From Octopus vulgaris (lineage: Eukaryota), in contig OX597821.1 in NCBI GenBank assembly GCA_951406725.2, positions 82,212,001-82,276,000 of the forward strand: DNA of 64,000 nucleotides. Direction: 5' to 3'. Below the pieces are notes generated by a model, which was not told the DNA's origin, did not search any database, and worked only from the letters and a program-made list of their open reading frames with translations. The stretch's first letter is position 1. Each line of letters starts with the position of its first letter. Shown here piece by piece: positions 24,901 through 37,258 of this stretch. The position numbers were made by a program, and so were the translations under genes.

Positions 24901-25619
24901 TAATACAGTCCCAGAAAAACAACAAAATGTTCACAGCTTCAATGCTGACCAGCATCTAGAAAAGAACAACAAAGGTAAAAGAATGGTCAGCACCTTACAG
25001 GAACAAACTGGAATTGACGGGGACTAGATTGCATTCAGTTTGCTGGGTTCCAGAGCTACATTCAAGTGTTAGAATAACTTTTGTTTTGTTTGGAATGCAA
25101 AATCTTCCAAGTCAACCCATAAAAGTTTACAGATCAAAGCAAAAAAGGTCTTAATTGTTTGCTTTGACATGCAAAATATTAGGTGGTTGTTTTCAAAGAC
25201 TTCATCAGGTTATTCATCAGAGATTAGAAGTGTTCAATCATTGCTAACATTTTAGAAAGATAACAAGGTCTTCGATTCTGAAATCCTACATACAAATATC
25301 TGACTTGTAAGATGAGCCAAGATGTTATTGGTTTTCAGTATCAGACAAATATCATTGTTATGGGAAACATCTGCAAACCAGCAATCATTTGCTGCATCTG
25401 GTTTGCAGATGATCTCCTCTTCATCCTCATCCCCCCCCTCACCACCACCACCAGTACTACCATTATGCATCCATCTTTCCATTCTGGTATGGATTAGATA
25501 GGTTCCGCAATATTGCACCACATGTTGCAGTACTTTGGCTCACACATACACACGCACACACTCACACATGCACACACTCACACACGCACACACACACACA
25601 CGCACGCACACACACACAC

Positions 25620-25896
25620 TGGCACTCCATCAATTACAATCTTGAGGGTTCCAGTTGATCCAATCGATGGAACAGCCAGCTTGTAAAATTAATGTGTGAG
25701 GGGCTGAGCACACCACAGACACACATACCCTTTATGTAGCTCTCAGGGAAATTCAGAATGACACAGAGTGGGACAAGGCTGGCCCTTTCTATAACAGGTA
25801 CAATGCATTTTTGCCAGCTGAGTGGACTGGAATAATGTGAAATAAAGCATCTTGCTCAAGGACCCAATGCACTGCCAGATATCAAACTTATGTACC

Positions 25897-25900
<4 letters not shown>
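25620..25900 (-). mobile_element. SINE (head 1 + tail E)
   Basis: Reverse complement of the TTGAGCAAG central block plus tail ..GTACCTG..AAAGGGCCAGCCTTGTC..GATCAACTGGAACCCTC..GGAGTGCCA. Confidence 0.75.
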
Positions 25901-25934
<34 letters not shown>

Positions 25935-26310
25935 GCAACAGCGAAAAGCAGCCAACTTTGTTATTGTGTATTTCCTTTTTTTGGCAAAGATTTTTATGGC
26001 TTGATATCTCTCTTATCAGTAACTATTTTGCAGCAAAAACTGTTCCTCACAGAAACTATGTTCCATTGTTCATTCCTTTTTTGTGAGAGAATGGTTTCAA
26101 TAACAAAGTGTTTCTTTTTTTTTTCATCCACACCCACTTCACTGCACCTTATCATGCAATTTATGTTATTGACATTAATGCTGTTGTCTCCAGAAGGATT
26201 AAAGAATCCTTTTACTTTGTATCACTTACTGATCAGAGTTACCTTCCCTTCTTATTGCTACTATTTGAAGGACACCTATGGAGCCTCCTGTGGATAGTCC
26301 CTTCTATACT

Positions 26311-26488
26311 CTTTTACTCTTTTACCTGTTTCAGTCATTTGACTGTGACCATACCTTTAGCAAATCAACTCCAGGATATTCTTTGTAAGCCTAGTACTTA
26401 TTCTATCGGTCTCTTTTGCCAAACCACTAAGTTACAGGGACGTAAACACAACAGCATCAGTTGTCAAGCAACAGGCATGCAAACATAT

Positions 26489-26537
<49 letters not shown>

Positions 26538-26701
26538 TACGATGGGATTCTTTCAGTTTCCATCTACCAAATCCACTCACAAGGCTTTGGTTGGCCTGAG
26601 GCTATAGTAGAAGACGCTTGCTCAAGTTGCCACGCAGTGGGACTGAACCCAGAACCATGCAGTTTGTAAGCAATCTACTTACCACACAGCCACTCCTATG
26701 C
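26311..26701 (-). mobile_element. SINE family A with TSD
   Basis: CTATACT direct repeat at 26304-26310 and 26702-26708. Confidence 0.88.
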
Positions 26702-26742
26702 CTATACTGTATTAGTTTTTACATCATCATCATCAGCATCAG

Positions 26743-26776
<34 letters not shown>

Positions 26777-27147
26777 CATTTGGCATGAGTTGGACAGCTT
26801 GACAGAAGCTGGCAAGGCTAGGGGCTTCACCAAGTTCCACAGTCTGTTTTGGTTTGGCTTCTATGACACTTCCTAATGCCAACCACTTTACAGAATGTAC
26901 TGGGTGCTTTTTACGAGGTACCATCACCAGCACTTTTTATGTGGCAGAAAAAGGTGTCTCCATTGAGTAGGTAAAAAACAGAGGGTTATATAGAAGTAGT
27001 CTGAAAGCGATGACGTGTCCATGGTATTTTACTGATAGTGGACCTGTTTAATTGCAAAGAAGGCTAATTAGTGGAGTGAACAGATGAGTGTACCAACCAG
27101 AAACTAATTGTTAATTTAGTGACTCAGCTAAATTTTGTAGCAGTTGT

Positions 27148-27253
27148 TCATCATCATCATCATCACCATCACCACCAACAACAACACCACCACCACCACA
27201 ACCACCACCACCACACCACCACCACCACCACCACCACCACCACCACAATCATT

Positions 27254-27293
<40 letters not shown>

Positions 27294-27338
27294 CAACCAC
27301 CATCACCATCATCATCACTATCATCACCACCATCATCC
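27148..27338. repeat. (CAT)n/(CAC)n trinucleotide microsatellite
   Basis: Read directly; it is the expanded tail of the SINE at about 27340-27730. Confidence 0.9.
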
Positions 27339-27339
27339 A

Positions 27340-27730
27340 CTTTTCCATGTTTGTATGGTTGGATGGATTTTATTGAGGTATATTTTCTATAGCTGGATGC
27401 CCTCTCTGTTGCCTACTCTTAACCTATTTCCAAGCAAGGTAATGTTTCCCCAGGGCCAAACATGTTCTCACAGAAATATTAGAAAGGAATGACACTGATT
27501 GTATGACAGTGGCACTCATTTACAACTATCACATGATGTAAAGACAAAGAAACACACACACACATGATGGGCTTCCTTCAGTTTCCATCAACCAAACCCA
27601 CTCAGAAAGCTTTGGTCAGTCCAGGGTTATCGTAGAGGACACTTACCCAATGTGCCATGCAGTGAGACTGAACCCACAACCATATGGTTGAGAATTAAGC
27701 TTCTTAACCACACAGCCACACCTGTGCCTA
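27340..27730 (-). mobile_element. SINE with family-A head and RTE-like 3' tail
   Basis: A-type head at 27565-27730; GGATGCCCT block and (CAT)n end shared with RTE 3' UTRs. Confidence 0.65.
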
Positions 27731-29420
27731 TAATTAATAATAAATAACAAAAATACTTGAATTTCTTGAAAGCTAGACTTGGTTGCATTTTCTTAATAAT
27801 TTTGTTGTTCCTTTTAATTTTAATATATGCTAATGGTCCATCAATAAAGATTTAAAGTTCATCCCAGTCGAATTAAATGTTTAAGTCTGAAGAAATTTAA
27901 AAAATTTTACCTTATTAGAAAATGATGCAAACTGGCCAATTTTATCAGGATTGTGGAATGGGTGTCAACAGAATTAGCATATTTGAAGTAACAACAAAAT
28001 CAATTTCATGAATGCAAATATGTGCTGTTATTGCTAAATAAAGATATAAAGCACATCACACTTGGTTTAACTGTGTGAGCCTGGTGAAATTAAAAGCATT
28101 CTTCTTGATCTAGAAATACAGAGAATTGGCAAATTTTGAAAAGACTGTGATTGTGAAAATTCCTTAATTTGCGGTAGCAAATGTACTAATGGTCCAAAAT
28201 ATTTAAAGTTAACCCAGCTAAACTAAATGTGTAAGTCCAAGAAAATTTATGATTTCCTTCCCCATCAGAAAATCCTAAACATTTGCAAATTTCAATAAGA
28301 TTGTAACCATCAGGATTTTAAAATCTGAAGAAACAACCAAGTTTAAAAATACCACCCCCACCACCACCACCACCACCATTGTTTTTACAACTACATTTTC
28401 CTTGCTGGTATGGGTTGGATGAGAGTCATTAAGGCAGTACTCTACAATTAGATGCTTGTTCCTGTTATAAACCCTTATCTGATATTCAAGTAAGGTTGTT
28501 TTGTTTCTCTGGACTTTACACATGACAAAACCACTGAATAATAGGACATTTTGTTTACAATTTTAAAATGGTCTTAAATAGAGATTTTAAAGATAACCTT
28601 TGCTTATTTAAATGTGCAAATCGGGAATAAGTCGAGTGTTTCTATTCTGTTTGAAAATGACAAAAATTGCGGAATTTTAGCAAGAATGGAGTTTTCTGAA
28701 TTCCTAAATTTGAAGTAACAATGGAATTTAAAATGATAAACAACAAAATGGGAAGCTGGTTGAACAGAAAGGTTTAAAGCTCATCACAGCCCGTTTGAAT
28801 GTAAAAGTCCATAAAATTCTAAGAAACTATATCCATTCCATCTGAAACCTTAATGTGGTTCTTTGACCTGCTAGAAATAACAGTCAACTCTCCCACAAAT
28901 CGTATGAGATCAGGGCACATTAGATATTGTAATCCTCCATACCCTGATTCTCAATGTTTCTATTCTGTTTAGGTGGAGATATGACAATGTGGTTAAACAG
29001 CATGCTTTGCAACTTTGTAGTTTCAAGTTCAGTCCCACTGCACAGCATGTTGGGCAAATATTTTCTACTATACCTCTACACTGATCAATGCCTTGTGAGT
29101 GAATTTGATAAACAGAAACTGTAAGGAAACCTTGTGTAGAAGTCTGTTGTATGTGTGTGTGTATATATACATACATACGTACGGGATAAACACATGAGAA
29201 AAAATGTGCTTAACTAAACGAGGTAGCTCGCACCTAAATAATACTCACCCTGCCCTAATTACCCAATGAAACTAACCAATCTACCACAAGCAAACCTCTA
29301 CCCAGCGAATTTACCAGTGCAAGGACAAAATTTCAATGTAAGATTTACCAATTTGTCTACATTACCATCACATATGTATCAATCATTTTCACATCCTAAT
29401 TGATGCATCTATCTATCCTT

Positions 29421-29471
29421 GCATTCTGAAGAGATTTACTTACTTCAGTAAATCGAAGCGATCGTAGATGC
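29421..29471 (+). ncRNA. minimal type I hammerhead ribozyme-like motif
   Basis: GCAUU CUGAAGA GAUUUACU-UACUUC-AGUAAAUC GAAG CGAUCG UA GAUGC: 5-bp stem I, CUGANGA core, 8-bp stem II and palindromic helix III; one core deviation (GAAG for GAAA). Confidence 0.7.
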
Positions 29472-29954
29472 CACCCTCATCTCTGCTTCTTACTTCTTTG
29501 CTACCTTTTTAATCAAAGACATGCCAGCATAAATCAAGAGTTTCCCATTGTTATTATATCCATTTTCTTCCCTTATATATATATATACACACACATTTGT
29601 CTAGGAAGAACCAAACAGAGTAAGTGGAGCAAGAATACATATGAAAACGAAAAGTGCTGTGAAAGAGGTCACAGATGCGTGACAAAAGATTTCTGGACAA
29701 TGGACATGAGTTAAAATAATAAAATAAGAACAGAAATAAACGGGTGAAGAAAAAATATATAGCGCGTGCTTTTATTTGGAATAAAAAAATGACCACCTCA
29801 AAATACAACAATATATATATATGTATATATATAAATACACTTGCACAGGTGCAAGTATGGCTATAGGCACAGGTGTGGACACAGGTACAGGCTATAGATG
29901 TGGGTGTGACTATAGACAGTGATGTGACTATAAGCACACATGTGGCTACAGGCA

Positions 29955-30112
29955 CAGACATGACTGTGTAATAAGAATGTTTGCTTTGCAACCGCATGAT
30001 TCTGAATTCAGTCCCATTGTTTGGTACCTTGGGCAAGTGCCTTCTTGTAGGAAACTAGGCCAACCAAAGCCTTGTAAGTTAATTTGGTAGACAGAAACTG
30101 AAAGAATCCCAT

Positions 30113-30151
<39 letters not shown>

Positions 30152-30405
30152 CTCTCCTTGCCTTGACATTGTGTGATCGTTGTAAGCGAGTGTCACCATC
30201 ATGCAAGTTGTATTGTCTGTTTCCAATCTTTCATGTAAAATATATCTAGTCATGGAAGGAAGTGGTGGCGGGAATACTACCTTACTTGAAAATAGGTGAA
30301 GGTTGGTGACAGGAAGTGCATCCAGCCATAGAAAATCTGTCTCAACAAAGTCATGTCAGCATGGAAAAGTAAATATTAAAACAATGACAATGACAGCAAT
30401 GATGA
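29955..30405 (+). mobile_element. SINE with family-A head and RTE-like 3' tail
   Basis: A head, (TG)n, then GGTTGGTGACAGGAAGTGCATCCAGC...GCATGGAAAAG..TTAAAACAATGAC. Confidence 0.7.
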
Positions 30406-31306
30406 TTACACTATCAACTATTCTTAATCATGAAAACCCATTAAATTTTCATTTTGTTTTCCATTAAGCATGTTTCTTATAATAGAAAATAATTTCTCCA
30501 CTAATGCAGATGAATATTTTGTACCATTCTTCTTTGCCTATTAATGGTGATAGCACAGGAAATAAAATATATTCTCTCATTTCATTTACTCTTTATCAAT
30601 GTCACAAAATTAAAAACATAAACAAAAAAAACATGATATGGTAAAGGAAGAATTTTAGTTTTCCTTTATGAGTTAATAAATAGAAGGAAAATTAAGGTTT
30701 TTTTGAATTTTATAATCGTCAGAGGATAGTAAAGAGCAGCTCACATATACATCTACCTTTCCTGTTCTACCAATGTTTTGTAAAAGATGGAGAAATAATT
30801 ATTCTTTTTCAAATTGTAAATCATTGAAGACATGTAATTAATTTGCGAAAAAAAAAAAAATAGGGGAAGTAAGAAAGAGAAAAGAGGTCATTTATAGGTT
30901 CATAAATTGGAAATTAAAAAAAAATCAAAACTGTCATTTATATTTTTCCTTTGTTTGAAGCAGTTTTTTTTTTCTTTTGCAGGTATGAGTTCATAAATAA
31001 GATGAAAATGATTTTTGAAATTTTTTTTCATATTGATAATCATTAATATTATAATTATATTGATTTCTGCCCCCTCCTACTATCAGAAAAATATATATAT
31101 CATTGATATGTACATACATGGCTGCCTAGCTAAGGTGCAAGCTTGGTTGTATGGTTAAGAAGTTCCCTTTGTGACCTTGTGGTTTCAGGTTCAGTCCCAT
31201 TGTGAGACACCTTGGGCATCTTTTGCTATGCCCCAGGTCAGCAAATGCTTTGTGAATAAATTTGGTAAAAAGAAACTGTGTTAAAGCCATATATTTATAT
31301 ATATTT

Positions 31307-31515
31307 GCCAGTACCACCTGACTGGCCCTCGTGCCAGTGGCATGTAAAAGCACCCACTACACTCTCGGAGTGGTTGGCATTAGGAAGGGCATCCAGCTGT
31401 AGAAACTCTGCCAGATCAATTTGGAGCCTGGTGCAGCCAATTTGGTTCCCCAGTCCTCAGTCAAATCGTCCAACCCATACTAGCATGGAAAGCGGACGTT
31501 AAACAATGATGAGGA
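31307..31515 (+). mobile_element. RTE 3' UTR fragment
   Basis: Close match to 1808-2018. Confidence 0.88.
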
Positions 31516-31627
31516 TCATCATCATCATCATCATCATCATTTAACGTCCGCTTTCCATGCTAGCATGGGTTGGACGGTTCAACTGGGGTCTGGGGAGCCC
31601 GAAAGCTGCACCAGTCCAGTCAGATCT
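31516..31627 (-). mobile_element. RTE 3' UTR fragment, inverted and tail-to-tail with the previous copy
   Basis: (CAT)n then TTTAACGTCCGCTTTCCATGCTAGCATGGGTTGGACGG; close match to 40860-40950. Confidence 0.88.
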
Positions 31628-32504
31628 ATATATATATATATATATATATACACATACATACATATATGTATGTATGTATGTATGATTAATTTATGGAATG
31701 AAGTTCTACAAATCCAATCATATTTGTTAAAAATGTAGGAGATAATATGTTAAAAAGTTGTAAGAAGTTTATTCATGCATACATTCGTTTCGTACATAGA
31801 TATGAATTCATTTTAGAATTTGCAAAAATCGATGTACTCATCAGTGTAGAGAAAATAATAGGAACTTAAAAAAGAGCAGAGAAGGTAGATCTGTGAGTTT
31901 TATGTTTATCTGTACCTATCCATGTGTGAAAGTGATGGGAGTCATGTCAGTTATTAAACCACATGTGTGTATATATAAATAAAAAATACACATTAAGTAC
32001 AGGACATCACCAACGAGTGAAAAATATGTAAACACACAGTGATAAGTACAGGACAAAATACCAAAAGAAGTATAACTCCTCCTCAGTTGTCGACTGTTTT
32101 ATTACTCCCTCTTTTATGCTTTTAACAACAAGATAGGAAAACTTCACAAGACAGCAGCATCCAGAAATTTTAAAGATATAAAATTTGTGGAGAGTTAGGG
32201 CTTTGAACAAACAAATAACAACAGAGTGGACGTACAAAGTAAACAACTGACGAAAACAAACATTAAGAGCCTTTAGGCCAAGACGAATTGTAATAGGTAA
32301 TTTGGCAACCAATATTGGTTTGTTTATATCCCTGTAACTTAGTGGTTCAGCAAAAGAGATCAAAAGAACAAAAAGTACTGGGATGGATTTATTCAACTAA
32401 ACCCTTCAAGGTGGTGCCCCAGCATGGCCACTGTTCAAGAACTGAAACAATGAAAAGAAAAATACAATATATGTATAAACACACTTCCATATTTGCATGT
32501 ATCT

Positions 32505-32850
32505 GAAGGTTGAAAAGAAATGAAAGCAGCATGCTCTGCTGGATGTGCGACATCAGTGCGACATCAGTAAGACAACATATAAATGCACTGAAAGAAAAAC
32601 TGGACATAAGAGGCATCAGATGTCATGTGCAACAGAAAAAGACTGCACTTGTATGATCATGTGATGCATATGGATGAGGATAGCCGCATGGAAATATCCT
32701 GGTGCCTAAATGTGGATGGAGTCCATGGAAGTGTAAGACCTATGAAGATGTGAGACAAGGTGGGGAAAATGAACTGCATATGCTGAGCCTCAACAGAGGA
32801 GATGACAAAGGATCAAGATGACTGGCAACGTGTTGTGCTTGAGAAGGCCT
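32505..32850 (+). pseudogene. degenerate RTE RT C-terminal fragment
   Basis: RLKRNESSMLCWMCDIS..VRQHINALKEKLDIRGIRC aligns by eye to RNEASMLQWMCNVSVHTRQSVSTLREML of the 23547 ORF; has stops and frameshifts; UTR remnant at about 33340-33520. Confidence 0.75.
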
Positions 32851-33990
32851 ATGAAAGCAAGGCTCTAAATGCACACCATTCATGTCTATGCCCCTCATCT
32901 ACCTAACCCCCATTCCTCCACCAGTGTTCACTACTTACTGCATTTCCCTCCCCTTTATCTCCCATACACCTTTCACACAAACTTTCTTGTGCTCAATTTG
33001 TTCCTTTCTCTCCTACAACTTATCTTCCTAACCCCGCTTCTTTCTTCACCTCTCCTATTCTTCTTTCACTTTCTCACAGACTTTCATGCCCACTAAACCT
33101 ATTCCAATCCAATCCTCTGTACCACCTCACTTATATCCTCCCTCTGATGCAGGGATAAGGCCCTTCATAATCTTCTCTCCCACCTTTTTCAAATGAGGCA
33201 GCTTCCTTTGCAAGATGCCAGTTTCTATCCCTCTATTTTACCCTAGCCTTCTCATCCCCCAACACAAAGCCACCTCCCTCAATATTATTCCCACTCAGTT
33301 GGGGAGCTTTGTCCTTCAACTTATTTGATGTTCTAGCCAGATAACCATAAAAAGCACCCAGAACCCCTGCAAAGTAGGTGGTGTCAGGTGGGGTATCCAG
33401 CTACAGAGACCATGTCAAAACAGGCAGTGGAGCTTGGTACTGTCATCTGGCTTGCCAGCACCTTTAAAACCATCCAACCCATACCATCTAGGAAAACAGA
33501 AAGTTAAATGATGATGATGCTGCTGCTGCTGATGATGAGGAGGAGGAAGAGGAGGAGGATGAGGTTTTATGTATGTAGACAGATATATCAAATATCATTC
33601 AACATAAATTCTATATTTAATAAAATTATTTCCATCCCTGGGGGATGTATCATGATTACCAAATGGTAATTATCTCCCCTTCTCCACATGAGCAAGGGGA
33701 GATAATCTCACGAATCAAGGATTCTCCAAAACTGACATGCCATTGAGGAAACGGATAATATCATTAAGCACACTCTACTTATTACATAAAAATAGAACAA
33801 AAGATGTATTGGGAAATATGCATGTGTGTATGTGTATGTGCATGTGTGTGTGCGTGCGTGTGTGTGTGTGTGTGTGTGTGCATAACTGTTAAGTGTCATC
33901 TTAGGTTGTGGTAGGGATCTTCACTTCCTGTTAGCCATTGTGGGAGTCTCTCCCCAGCTTTAGGTAAAAAGCCTTTCATCTTATATATGC

Positions 33991-34099
33991 AGAAGAAGAA
34001 GAAGAAGAAGAAGAAGAAGAAGAAGAAGAAGAAGAAGAAGAAGAAGAAGAAGAAGAAGAAGAAGAAGAAGAAGAAGAAGAAGAAGAAGAAGAAGAAGAA
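33991..34099. repeat. (GAA)n microsatellite, about 36 units
   Basis: Uninterrupted AGA/GAA run. Confidence 0.97.
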
Positions 34100-34347
34100 A
34101 GTGAGATTAGATTGAAAGATAGGGAGAGGAGAATCAGACTTAAGACTTGATTGGAGCAATGTTGGCCATGGTTGGATTTGAACTTGTATACTGCAAAGAG
34201 TCAGACCAAATAAAACAAAGTAATTTATCCAATACTCTAAAGAATCTCTCAGTTCATTGCCTTCTAAGCACACACACCAAACACACATCTACACAACATA
34301 TATATAAATATATAAAAGATATATATATACATATATATATACATATA

Positions 34348-34417
<70 letters not shown>

Positions 34418-35263
34418 ACACACACGTATATATAATTATACAATGCACACACATATATAGATAAAAATAACATACACACACACTTATGCGTATATATGTA
34501 TAAGTACGAAGCATAAGAGACTATGTGTAGATGTGGATATGCATAAGTCTACATATCTAGGTTCATGTCTGAGTGCAGATGTGTGTTTGTACATGTGTAT
34601 GCATGTATGTATGTATGTATGTATGTATGTATGTATGTATGTATGTATGCATGTATGTATGTATGTATGTATGCAGTTATTTTTGTGAGGTGTTTATTTA
34701 GAATCACTTCTGTCTTACTGTTTATTATTTGGCACCAACAAGGTAGATGTCTCTCTTAACTGCATAATTCCAGGATTGCATGTTGTATTATTATCATTAT
34801 TATCAATGTTCCTTCCCATCTTCTCTCCCAGAGGGAGATGAGATGAGAGAGAAGGAAAAAAATGTTCAAAATCATATAAAAAAAAACCCCGCAAACAACA
34901 AAAGCACAACACACATGCTCACATATATACGCACACCTAACATCATCATCAACAAGAACACACGCGCAACACTTTAAACATAAAAAAAAGTGATGAAGTG
35001 TAATAATGATAAAATAAATAGGAACAGTCATTAACTAAAAAAATAAACATCACACACACAACATCCATGAAAATAATAATAACAACAACGATAACAACAA
35101 TAACAATAATATAAAAAAGAAATATGGGGGTTGTACTTGTGAGTCAGTCTACAAACTATTTTATACCAGAATTATATTTTTGCCATATTTTTTGACAAAC
35201 TGGTATATAACCTACCACCCAGTTCAGGCTTCCAAAGCTCTCTTCATCTTCACTTTATACTTT

Positions 35264-35360
35264 ATGTATGTATGTATGTATGTATGTATGTATGTATGTA
35301 TGTATGTATGTATGTATGTATGTATGTATGTATGTATGTATGTATGCATGTATGTATGTA
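35264..35360. repeat. (TATG)n microsatellite
   Basis: Read directly. Confidence 0.95.
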
Positions 35361-35920
35361 TCTGATTGGGTGAGTGAGCCAGCAGGATATAAGCAATAAA
35401 TACACAAACCAAGGTTCATTATAAAGTAAGCAACTATGTTGTTTATCACCTGTACTTGTACAGGTGATAAGCAACACTTCACTTGTAACTGTAATTAGCC
35501 ATATATCTTGTCTTCCATATTCTGGAGCAGAGCAGCTGTTTTCATTGCATACTTTTCTTCAACTCTGCTCTCTAAATTCCATTAGCCTTTCTACCATTTC
35601 AATGCCAAAGCCAACAAAAGAAGCCAGTGTATGGTAGAAATACCAGCCAAATCTCACTTAAATCACATTTTACTGTCATAAACCATGGTATAGATATACA
35701 TCTGTTCTTGCTTATCATTGGTGTTTGCTTCCCAAAAATAGTGATAAGTGAATCAGTGATAAGTGAGTCAGTGATAAGTGAATCATTGATAAATGAATCA
35801 GTTGCACACACTTAGCAGCAAGATTTCGTCTATCCATAGCAACCCATAGCTGCAAGGTTTCCTCCATCACATATTTCCATGATTGTCTCTATGTTTTCTA
35901 TATTTACCTGCACTATTTGT

Positions 35921-36230
35921 AAGGATCATGAGGTAATGAGTTCAAATCCTGGACAGGATTCTGTGTTGTTTTTTTGGGCAAGACACTTTATTTCACATTG
36001 CACCAATTAACTCAGCTGTAGAAATGAGTTGTGACATCACTGGTGCCAAGCTGTATCAGCCTTCGCCTTCCCCATGGATAACAGTGATGGCATGGAGAGG
36101 GGAAGGCTGAAATGCATGGGTAGCTGCTGGTCTTCAATAAACAACCTTGCTTGGACTTATGCCCTGGAGGGTAACTTTCTTGGTGCATTAATGATGGAAG
36201 GGGGCCTTTACCCTTACCCTTACCCTTACC
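35921..36230 (+). mobile_element. SINE (head 1 + tail D), 5' end eroded
   Basis: B box GTTCAAATCC, central block, tail D, (TACCCT)n end. Confidence 0.8.
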
Positions 36231-36530
36231 CAGGAGTAGCTAAGTTAATTTACATTGACCTCAGTACTAAACTGGTACTTATTTTATTGACCCCAGAAAG
36301 ACTTTAAAAATATCAAGCACTGTGTCAATTCATTCAACTAGAACTTCTTTGAGATTTCAGCATGGTCAGAGTTTAATGATTTAAACAAGTTATAGATAAA
36401 AGAAAAATAATACAATTGTATTGTATAATGCCAAGCATACATATTAATACAAACATGTATGCATAATTTCTTCCATACTGAAATTAATACTACATGAATA
36501 AGGCTGCGAAACAGCTGTAATCATATGGAA

Positions 36531-37000
36531 ATCATCATCATCATCGTCATCATTCAATGTCCATTATCCATGCTGGCATGGGCTGAACAGTAAGACCAGA
36601 GCAGGCAAGCCGGGAAACTACACCAGATTCGGTCTAATTTGGCATGGTTCCAATGGATGGATGCCCTTCCTAATGCCAACCACTCTACAGAGTGTGCTGG
36701 TTGCTTTTACATAGCACCACATGGATTTTACATAGCACTGCATGGCCTTTTATGTGACACTGCATGGGTGCTTACGTGTGCCACACAGGCTCTTTTACAT
36801 GGCCCTGCATAGGTACATTTATGTGACACCACATGCGCGCTTTCACATGGCACCGCATGGACACTTTTATAAGGCACCACATGGGTGTTTTTGTGTGACA
36901 CTATCGTGAGTGCTTTGCACCACCATAAGGATCGGTCTTAACACTTCTGCTGTGGAGTATGAGTTTCCTTGAGTATGGCAAGGCACCAAACATCTCACTC
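36531..37000 (-). mobile_element. RTE-related 3' UTR with internal 21-25-bp minisatellite
   Basis: (CAT)n tail, GGATGCCCTTCCTAATGCCAACC, then about 10 TTTTA.RTGGCACCRCATGG-like units at 36705-36925. Confidence 0.7.
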
Positions 37001-37222
37001 CTTACACCTTTAATGCCTTCTGACGTTATGCTTTTATATACTCCTCATGAAATAACTTCATCGATTGGATCTTGTAAATTTTCACTTACTATGTGGGCTG
37101 ATAGCCAAATCCATAAAAGAAGCTTACTGTGATAGCCACATGATTCTTTGAATCTACATTTTATGCTACTTATTTATATATGTATGTATGGATTGTGTGT
37201 GTATGTGTATGTGGGTGTGTGG

Positions 37223-37258
<36 letters not shown>

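Noticed and set aside
25368-25411. 14-bp inverted repeat CATCTGCAAACCAG
   Set aside because: Too short for a pre-miRNA, with no TSD or paralog seen.
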